Of a DNA stretch of 64,000 nt, positions 55,598-64,000 are shown piece after piece. A program made the translations under genes and the position numbers. Below the pieces are notes generated by a model that searched no databases, was not told the origin of the DNA, and was given only the letters and a program-made list of their open reading frames with translations. The stretch's first letter is position 1. Every line of letters begins with the position of its first letter. Source of the stretch: Histomonas meleagridis 2922-C6/04-290x. Its lineage: Eukaryota; Protista; Parabasalia. The DNA is taken from contig JAANOX010000063.1 of NCBI GenBank assembly GCA_020184695.1, positions 62,001-126,000 on the forward strand, read 5' to 3'.

Positions 55598-58588
55598 ATG
55601 ATTGATGAAAACCAACTAATGCAAATTGATATCATAATACAGAAATACTATAAAGAAGGACAATCTCAAGATATACAACCTATTATTGAAGCTTGGCAAA
55701 AAGATGTAAACTATTTCCCAATTGCTCAAAAAGTCATTGAAAGTACTCAATTCAGTCCATATTTTATACACTTTGCAATAGTTTCATTAGAAAAACTCAT
55801 AGGAATCCTTTATCCGACATGGAATGTTGAGCATTTTTTAAATCTATCAAATTGGTGTCTTGAAATGATATATAATCAGATAGACAAATTTTTTTCCAGC
55901 GACATAATTCCCACAGCATTTTGTTCCATGTATGCTACTATTATAAAATATGGGTGGCATGTATCATCAGATTTTCATCAATTTTTTGAAAATTTAAAGA
56001 AGCTTTTCCAGGGCAACATAAAACATTGTACAGCTGCGTTCATATTATGTGGGTATTTTGTCGAAAAAATGACAGTTATCCATAATCTTGAAACATATCA
56101 ATTAGATAATTTCAAAGAAACAACAATGTTAGAAAGTTTCCAATATGCCATTCAAGCCATGAGTCGCATTTACAACACTCCATCTCCTGATTTTTTTTAT
56201 CTCATGAAAAATACATTAATATTTACCACCTCATGTCTTTCATTTGAAATATTTTCAACACAACATAAAATGTCCACTGACATCGAAAAACTCTCAATTT
56301 CTTTACCTGAAGCATGGCATTGTATTAATTTCATTGATGTGATCCGACTATGTTTTGAAATCTATAAAATTTGGACCAACGAAGAAATCCAACGTCAAAC
56401 ACTTGAGTTAATATTTCGTATCATATCGATTACCACCAAATCTCGGACTACTATGCCCGAAGATCAACTTGTATATTTCGACACTATTATTTGTTGTGTA
56501 TGTGAAGTTATTGAGTCTCAAATACATTTAAATGAAAATGACAAATATACAAATGTACATTTTTTATTAAATATTCTTGTTCGCTTTAATGTTTCCTTAG
56601 ATTTTGATACCATAAAACAACTTAATTCATTTCCACTTTATATTAAATGTCTTCATCAATTATCAACGCAAGTATTAAATGTCGATTTCATAGTACATTC
56701 GACAGAATCAATTGTGAACATATTAAAGATTTGGGGGAAAATTGTTGATTTTATAATATGTATTGATGAGAATAATGCGTTTCTTAATGATTTCTTGCAA
56801 TTCATAAGTGAAACATGTCAACAATATTTAAATTTATTATTACAACTCATCAATAATGAAAATAATGAATTTGCTTATGAATTATTATTCTCCGATTTTT
56901 CACATTTTAATCCATTAATACAAGAGTTTACTCATGTTGGAAGAATACTTAAGAACAAATTTTATGATTATATCTTTGAACTATTTAATCAATTTTTATC
57001 GAATTTCGTAACAACACCGACAATTAAAATATATGAAATGAATTTAAGTTTATTATCATTAATAGTTGCATCACCGATTTGTATTAAGTTACAAATCGAA
57101 GAAGTTCAATCTTTTTGTTGTATGTTATTATTTAATTTGTTTAAGTCCACGAAAGATATAAACATATCTGGCGTTAATTGTGAGTTAATAGAACGAGTTG
57201 TAATATATTTAATTGATCAATTACAAAAGTCTTCATTAATTCACATATCGATAGTTAACTCGACAATTCCTAAAGAAATCGAACTAAACACAGAGTTCAA
57301 AACTATTGATGATGTTCTTATAATGTTATACGAACGACTTTTAGTCACAATCAAAATCTTTCCGAATAATAGTCAATTAATATCATCTGCGATATCAACA
57401 ATATATTATTCAATTAATAACCAACAAAAGAATTCCTTTTATTCCAATCTAACACGGCAATTTTTAACACAAGAGTTATTGGATATAAATAATATTCAAC
57501 AATTAACATTTTTGGCAAACCCTTCAAATAAATATAGTCGCTTAATGTTCTTTAAAATCATTTTCCAATTAATAATTCAAGATGAAACGCCATTACGTTT
57601 TAAGTATGTCTTCGATGAAATCGATCAACGAATCGTTAAATTTATGAACATGCCTGATCAAGTCCAAGGATATTTGATATTACTTGATATTCGAGGCTTG
57701 TTTATGGGCGCAACGACTTCTTTTCATTATCAGTTTCTAATGGAATGGATTTTCCCTAAATTAAATGTTCTTGAAGGGATTGTCTTAAATTTTAACAACT
57801 TAATTCATTCATATTTAAAACTTTTGATCGAAATCTCTTCGAATACTGAATCGAGAATTAGATATGAACCACATTCTGCAAAAGGATTAAAATTGTTTAA
57901 AACAATTGCTGAATCTTTATTAAAATTAATACCAACTTTACCTGAAACTATTCATAGCTCTTTTAAAGATATTACTTATGTCATGCAATTAATGGAATTA
58001 ATGTTAATGAATAACGATTCTTATATAGGCGCATTGGAAGTTTACGACGACCCAATTTTGAAAAATTTATTTGCGGTTTTTTTACAGTACACAAACAAAG
58101 TGAACTTCCTCGAGCTGTCACATTATCAAAAAGCAACTTCGGTTTTATTGAATTTTTTGAATTGTTTATACGAAAGGTTCATTGAATACGTTGTACAAAT
58201 TGATATAAATTTCATAAATACTTCTTTGATAATATGCTCTCTAGCTGACCCTGAAGCTAGAACTGTTGACGTGGATAAGGCTTTTAATGTTATTTTTTAT
58301 ATAACTGAGTTTTATATAAGAAATGAAAATAATGATTTAGGGAAAGCTTTGTTGAGTTGTACGCATGAAACTTATGATAAGGTATTAATAATGTTGGAGA
58401 AAATGATTTATAAGTTTGTGGGCTTAAACCCATCAAGCATTAGAGTAGCAAGTCTGATGAAAAGTATTCTAAGAATGAGACCGAATTCTTGGAATGAAGT
58501 AAAACTCAGATTGGCTCTGTTCTTACAAAATTGTAAAAATCCAGAATTAGAAAAAAAAATCAAACAATTACTTTCAATTCAATATTAA
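55598..58588 (+). CDS. XPO7: Exportin-7/RanBP16-like karyopherin
   Basis: YATIIKYGW, RIRYEPHSAKGLKLFK, YIGALEVYDDPIL and LSHYQK resemble XPO7 motifs (ITKLGW, RLQFDVSSPNGILLF, FGVFRLYGD, LDYPK). Probable start MIDENQ at 55598. Confidence 0.7.
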   Translation: MIDENQLMQIDIIIQKYYKEGQSQDIQPIIEAWQKDVNYFPIAQKVIESTQFSPYFIHFAIVSLEKLIGILYPTWNVEHFLNLSNWCLEMIYNQIDKFFSSDIIPTAFCSMYATIIKYGWHVSSDFHQFFENLKKLFQGNIKHCTAAFILCGYFVEKMTVIHNLETYQLDNFKETTMLESFQYAIQAMSRIYNTPSPDFFYLMKNTLIFTTSCLSFEIFSTQHKMSTDIEKLSISLPEAWHCINFIDVIRLCFEIYKIWTNEEIQRQTLELIFRIISITTKSRTTMPEDQLVYFDTIICCVCEVIESQIHLNENDKYTNVHFLLNILVRFNVSLDFDTIKQLNSFPLYIKCLHQLSTQVLNVDFIVHSTESIVNILKIWGKIVDFIICIDENNAFLNDFLQFISETCQQYLNLLLQLINNENNEFAYELLFSDFSHFNPLIQEFTHVGRILKNKFYDYIFELFNQFLSNFVTTPTIKIYEMNLSLLSLIVASPICIKLQIEEVQSFCCMLLFNLFKSTKDINISGVNCELIERVVIYLIDQLQKSSLIHISIVNSTIPKEIELNTEFKTIDDVLIMLYERLLVTIKIFPNNSQLISSAISTIYYSINNQQKNSFYSNLTRQFLTQELLDINNIQQLTFLANPSNKYSRLMFFKIIFQLIIQDETPLRFKYVFDEIDQRIVKFMNMPDQVQGYLILLDIRGLFMGATTSFHYQFLMEWIFPKLNVLEGIVLNFNNLIHSYLKLLIEISSNTESRIRYEPHSAKGLKLFKTIAESLLKLIPTLPETIHSSFKDITYVMQLMELMLMNNDSYIGALEVYDDPILKNLFAVFLQYTNKVNFLELSHYQKATSVLLNFLNCLYERFIEYVVQIDINFINTSLIICSLADPEARTVDVDKAFNVIFYITEFYIRNENNDLGKALLSCTHETYDKVLIMLEKMIYKFVGLNPSSIRVASLMKSILRMRPNSWNEVKLRLALFLQNCKNPELEKKIKQLLSIQY

Positions 58589-58841
58589 TAAACTGTTTAT
58601 TTATTCATTTTTCATTAAGTTTGTATAAGATGCAAGTATGATTTAAGTAAATACTGATGTTCCAACATCAGAAAGCTATCAGTACTGTTAATGATACAGA
58701 CAAACCAAATGATCACAAATTAAATCGTAAATATAACATGTACGATTTTATTATTAGCATTTTTTTAAGCTTTGATATTTTTTTTTACAAAGCAATAAAA
58801 ATCGCTTTGGCCATTCTGCCTAATTTTAGATAAAACACAGA

Positions 58842-59056
58842 AATTCTAAGCATTGATATCAAATTACCCCATTCTTGTTCAAGAAACAATGCAACTATTT
58901 TTGTTACTTTTGGAAAATAAACATTAAACAAAATAAACAAAAATCTTTAGCATTAATATCAATTCCTTTTTGTTCAAGAAGTATTTTAAATATTTCAATA
59001 AGACCATTATAGAAAGAACGAATGTGCTGTATCATATTATTTTCATAATAATTTCC
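58842..59056 (-). pseudogene. Decayed ankyrin units of the spacer-containing family, head-to-head with gene B
   Basis: Reverse strand reads GGAAATTATT motif...TA(fs)IRSFYNGLIEIFKILLEQKGIDINAKDF, then a partial spacer and a second decayed unit. Confidence 0.7.
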
Positions 59057-59104
59057 TAACCGTAAAAGTGACATCTTCTTTCATTACTTTAACTTTTGCT
59101 CAAA

Positions 59105-61029
59105 ATGATTTCTTCAGCAAGCAATGCTGATAATCTCCATACAAACAAAGAATATCTCATAACGTTAATGCGTTTAGAGCAAATTATCTTAAATTTAGAC
59201 AATAATAATGTTCAAGAAACGGTTCAATCAGTAATTAATTTGTTTGATAATAAGTATTCATATTCATATAAATATATTGTTTGTAGACTTGTTTATTCAT
59301 CTTTTGTTTCAAGACGAAAAGATTCTAACATTTGTTTTGATTTTCTTAAGTTAATTAATCAAAAATATGAAAACTCAAACAAAAATGAAATATTTAATTT
59401 ATTTAGTAAATCTATTTTTAGTAAAAATACTCAAGAATCATATTATCTTTTAGCACAAATGGCTGAAAACAATTTGATTGATCCCGAAATCATTAAATAT
59501 AAATTATTACATTTTGCACATTACATGGAAGAAGACCGGAATCGATATCAATATTATAATTTTCATAATGAATTTATTCAAAATTATGACGAACTTTCGA
59601 AAGACGATTGGAAACTTCATAAAAAATTATTAAAAGAAGGAGTTAATCCAAATACACTTTTAAAAATAATTCGAAATGATGAAATTGAAAAACTTCAAGA
59701 AATATCATCACAACCAAATTTTGATTTTAATCAAAGAATTGAACCATCGCTCTATGAAAGATGTTCACTTATTAACAACAATTATGTTACATTAATTGAT
59801 TATGCAGCATTTTTTTCTGCGATTAAATGTTTTAAATTTTTACTTATGAATGGTTCTGTTTTAGTTACCAAAACAAGTTTATATGCAATTGCAGGTGGAA
59901 ACATTGAAATTATTCATTTATGTGAACAAAATCATTTACCATTTAGAAACGCATATAAAATAGCAATTGAATATCATCAAAATGATATCTTTAAATATCT
60001 ATATGAAAATTCATATATTGAATCAAAAGAATTAAATGATTCAGTAGAAAAATGTGTTTTATATGATTCATATGAAATTTTATCATATTTAGAAGAAAAA
60101 GAAGTGAAAATATTTGACTCTATTATATATACAACAGCTGAAAATGGTAATTTATTACTTATAAAACATTTTCTTAAAACAAATCAATATCCGAAAAATA
60201 TTTTAATTGCAACAACATATTCAGGAAATATTGAACTTGTTAAATATTTTATAAGTAAAAAAGGATTTGATGTTAATGCATGTAATAATTTATATTTTGA
60301 TATTTTTATGTTTTATAATAATATATGGAATTTTTTCAAAGTATTTCAAACAGCACTTATGATTGCATCTTTAAATGGAAAGGTTCAGGCTGTTAAATTA
60401 CTTCTTGAACAAGAAGGAATCGATGTAAATATAAAGGCTATTTATTTATATTAGTTAAAGATTAATCTTTGTATTCTTTATTTCAAAATAATATTTGGAT
60501 TTCTTTTTTGTTATTTGAAACTGCTTTAATTTATGCATCTGAAAACGGACATACAGATATTGTGAAATTACTTCTTCAACAAAAAGATATTGATGTAAAT
60601 TCTAAAGGAATTTCATTGGTTTAATTAGAGTTTATTTTTTAAATTTGCTGTTTATAAATAATTTTTGGAATTTATTTATATGACATTGGACTGCTCTTAT
60701 TATTGCAGCAGAAAATAATCATATCGATATCGTTAAATTACTTCTCGAAAAAAAAGGTATAGATATTAATGCTAAAAATGTTTATATGTTCAACTTTGGA
60801 TTTGTTATATTAATTTTATATCCGAAAATAATATTTGGAAATTATAAAAATTATTTCAAACAGCACTTTATTATGCAACAAAAGAAGGTCACACAGAAAT
60901 AGTTAATTTACTTCTTGAACAAAAAGGAATCGAAATTAATGATAAAAATATCAATTTGTTTTATTTGAAATTTATATAAATAATTTAAAGTTTAAAAATA
61001 ACATTTAAAAATTATTTCTAATATTTTAG
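59105..61029 (+). CDS. DUF3447-ankyrin protein B: DUF3447 body plus ankyrin units split by spacers
   Basis: Ankyrin segments 60350-60442, 60520-60612, 60690-60782 and 60860-60952 (31 codons each). Spacers are 60 nt (60290-60349, in frame) and 77 nt (60443-60519, 60613-60689, 60783-60859), with a terminal one at 60953-61029. Confidence 0.85.
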
Positions 61030-61265
61030 TATCCAAGAAATGTTTATAACAAAATCCATATTTTAATTCAAGAAATAATAATTACAAACAAATTTATTTC
61101 AAGTAAAATACAATCAATAGATTTGACTTTTTTAAACAACATTCAATTAAGTTCTTTATTTTGTATTCAAATTCAAGAAAATATTGTATAATTTAACATT
61201 TCTTTTATAATCAAAAACAACAAATTTAGAATATTTTATTTATACAAACACAAACAAAAACAATA

Positions 61266-63050
61266 TCAAAATCGCTTTCCATTAACTTCAACTTCGAGCT
61301 TTTCTGTAAACCTTGCAAAAGTCGGATTTTGTTCTTCAATAAAAAAATTTGTTAATATTTCTCCATTCGAACATTTCGTTATTGGAACTTCATACTTATC
61401 TGAGATCTCTTGAATTTCCTCATCATGATTTAGGTCATCAAGTATAACTGCAATTCCATCAAAATCACGAATAAAAACTATAAACTTAAAAGCTCCGATT
61501 GATGAACGTTGCAACCTATGAGGAAATGAAAGAGGTGGTAACAATAAAATTGGGTATAAAATTCTTCTCATTATATCAACTGTTGAATTCATCAAATTGA
61601 GTACAGTAGCCACTTTTTCAATAGCCGTGGCAGAACTTTTGTACATGTCTGAAATTTGAATGGAATACATAAAAAGTGGAACATCTCGGAAAAGTGGTAA
61701 AATCGACCGTTTGTAATAACCGTCGGATGACCACGCTGAAACGAGTTGAATGCATCTTTCTCGATGCTCTCTATAAGATTCTTCATAACTAATATAATAC
61801 GAATCAACAGCACACTGTCTAGCCAAATAACAACCATATAAAACACCATCAAAGCTCTCAACATTAGATGTTGATCTTGCTTCAAATCCTAAAACTCGAA
61901 GTATTTTCTTGCCGTCAGACCTTATTCCAGTTACAACGATCTGAAACACGAGTGATTGTGAATTACTTGGTCTAGTCATTTTTGCATCAACAAATATCGA
62001 AGATTGACCATCAAGCATAGTCAACAATGTCTCAGGGCCCGTTATATTTCTTCTAGAGCTCAACTGCAGAACCTCAAAGCAGTTAGGAGTCAAAACTTTT
62101 ACTCTTGCTCCAAACAGTGAATCAGATTTAAGGAATTGATACAACTCTGGCGCAACAAGATCATTTGATCCAAGCTCAAAAAGATGAACCCTATCACAGT
62201 ACTTTGCAAAGCTACTACAGTCTGCGTTTTTCGAAGTAAACAAATGTATGGAAACTCTTTTTGATGCAAGAACTTCTTTTAAAGACGCGTCGAGCTCGAA
62301 CGGGCTCTGTAAATCCATCGAGAATGCGCAGAGACATATGTGCGCGTGCTTGAGATTCTTTAGAAGTGCAGAAAGATGGTTGAAAAAGTCCGAACCGGTT
62401 ATTGTAGATTTATCTGATGAATTCATTGATGCAAAGGAAGGTAAAAAATGCGCTTCTTTTGAGTTGCATATGATTAGAGGTGGGTAGTTGATGTCAAAAT
62501 ATGTGAAAGAGCGAGGTTTTTGTAAATCATAGTATGTGATTTTTGGTCCAATTTTAATAAGTGATACATCAGCGTCAACAGAATGTGACCAATCATCAAG
62601 TAAGCTCCCAAGTATAGTTTTACTGGTTTCATTGATGAAAAAAAATTGATTATGAAAAATAAATAAATATAAAGGCTTTTCATTTTGACTGAGAATTATG
62701 TCATATATTTCGCTTTGTGGTAAAAACGTTTGTGGTTTGATTGCATTTTTAGTTTTACAAACACCACATTCCCAATGATTTGCTGAAAAGTCACAAAAAT
62801 GAGAAGGAAATGCATGACATTTAATACACCTTGGAACTTTGGAATTTTTGTTAGGACTTTCTAATGGTGGCTTTGCTTTTATTGGTGAAACTTCAAAAAC
62901 ATATGTAATTTTATTTTTGTTCAAAAAGCTTGGTGTAGATGGAAACAATTTAAAGCAATTTCGTATCCAATGTTTGTTACATTTTGCTTGAGAAAATAAA
63001 TCTGAAGACATGGTTGGCTGCATTGATTGTGCCAGTCCAGTCTCATTCAT
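61266..63050 (-). CDS. Sec23/Sec24-family protein (Sec24-like, compact)
   Basis: Zinc finger PRCIKCHAF...WECGVCKTKN, trunk and beta-sandwich (G.KILRV), helical domain (LPLFMYS...LYPIL). Probable start MNETG at 63050. Confidence 0.75.
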   Translation of the reverse strand: MNETGLAQSMQPTMSSDLFSQAKCNKHWIRNCFKLFPSTPSFLNKNKITYVFEVSPIKAKPPLESPNKNSKVPRCIKCHAFPSHFCDFSANHWECGVCKTKNAIKPQTFLPQSEIYDIILSQNEKPLYLFIFHNQFFFINETSKTILGSLLDDWSHSVDADVSLIKIGPKITYYDLQKPRSFTYFDINYPPLIICNSKEAHFLPSFASMNSSDKSTITGSDFFNHLSALLKNLKHAHICLCAFSMDLQSPFELDASLKEVLASKRVSIHLFTSKNADCSSFAKYCDRVHLFELGSNDLVAPELYQFLKSDSLFGARVKVLTPNCFEVLQLSSRRNITGPETLLTMLDGQSSIFVDAKMTRPSNSQSLVFQIVVTGIRSDGKKILRVLGFEARSTSNVESFDGVLYGCYLARQCAVDSYYISYEESYREHRERCIQLVSAWSSDGYYKRSILPLFRDVPLFMYSIQISDMYKSSATAIEKVATVLNLMNSTVDIMRRILYPILLLPPLSFPHRLQRSSIGAFKFIVFIRDFDGIAVILDDLNHDEEIQEISDKYEVPITKCSNGEILTNFFIEEQNPTFARFTEKLEVEVNGKRF

Positions 63051-64000
63051 ACGAAATGTGATATGAAAAAATATGGATTGGATGATGAAAAACAAATATT
63101 AAACATTATGATATTTTATTATACCACACAGGGTTTGACTTACATCTCTGACACCTATTAAAATATAAAAAAAATTGAGATTTTAAAATATCACATGGGA
63201 ATTATCAAATATATTTTAGAACAATTATAAAATACTCTATGATAATTAGTTAAATCAGTTCTTAAAAAGTCCTATTAAAAAAAATATAATTAAAAAATCA
63301 ATACACTGATTAATACTTCAAAATTTCTTTATTGTTCCGAAGTCAGATAACCTTGTTTCCAAAGCACATGCATTATTACATACTTGAATAAGATCTACTA
63401 TTTAGAAATTAAATTTTAATTTCATAAAACAAAAATATATTTTTTTATATACACTAATTAAAAATAAAACATAAAATACATGTGTTATGTATTGTTGCTA
63501 CGGGAAGCAAGCAATAAAAACATTTGAATAAATGACTTTTCATTTTTTTTTTTTTTGTTTTTTGTTTTTAAAAACCAATTCAATTCAATGAATCATTCGA
63601 AATAAAAGTAATTTTATTCCTTATTTTCAAGATTTCTTGATGATTATCACCAGTTTAATATTATTGGGAAAATGATTTTTATAACAAATTTTTATTCAAA
63701 AGGGGTTAGGAAATCATGATATTAATATCGTTCTTTTTCTTGAGGTTCTTGTTTCTAAAGAAATTCATGTGATTGGAAATACGATTGTTAAAATTTTTAC
63801 CAAATTAGTGGGGGAAAGGTTAAAGAAGTAGAATTGCTCAGGTATAAACTTGCTTCATGAATTGGATACATTTCTGGAGTGATTTTCGATTTCTATAATT
63901 GTTTACTACAAAATCGGTAGATTTATCGAAAATTTTTATGCATAATATGAGTAGCGTAATCAACGTCTCAACAAGAATTACATTAGAAATTCTTCACAGT

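Noticed and set aside
1-64000. Transposon (Maverick, Tc1/mariner, MULE) as the source of the large inverted repeat
   Set aside because: No transposase, integrase or polymerase ORF and no target-site duplication; the arms contain host genes.

Overview
Very AT-rich, gene-dense eukaryotic DNA that looks like a parabasalid protist (Histomonas/Tritrichomonas-like). This is inferred from BspA LRR surface proteins, DUF3447-ankyrin genes, a GH14 beta-amylase and Inr/M3/M5-type promoter motifs. The first 27 kb is an ~8.3-kb inverted duplication (2092-10489 / 18697-26996: DUF3447 gene, cytosolic Hsp70, telobox Myb, eIF3i, BspA) around an 8.2-kb unique core (VPS13-like, ubiquitin-like, UBA). The rest is mostly housekeeping genes: alpha/beta hydrolase, Raptor, ARPC3, karyopherins, BTB-discoidin, Rei1, BspA, 7TM, p97-like AAA, Ank-RhoGEF, exportin-7, Sec24-like. 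Many single-base homopolymer frameshifts look like long-read assembly errors. The standout observation is in two DUF3447-ankyrin genes (41218-43749, 59105-61029). Their ankyrin repeats are intact and change only by whole codons, yet almost every repeat is cut at the same codon by an AT-rich spacer of exactly 77 nt (11 such spacers; one further junction is a stop-free, in-frame 60-nt variant). The spacers have a position-fixed TGG motif and no GT-AG ends. Removing 71 nt restores the frame and the canonical 33-aa repeat, which points to a candidate non-canonical splicing, translational-bypass or DNA-excision system. All lengths were counted by hand from the sequence; no database search or expression data were available.
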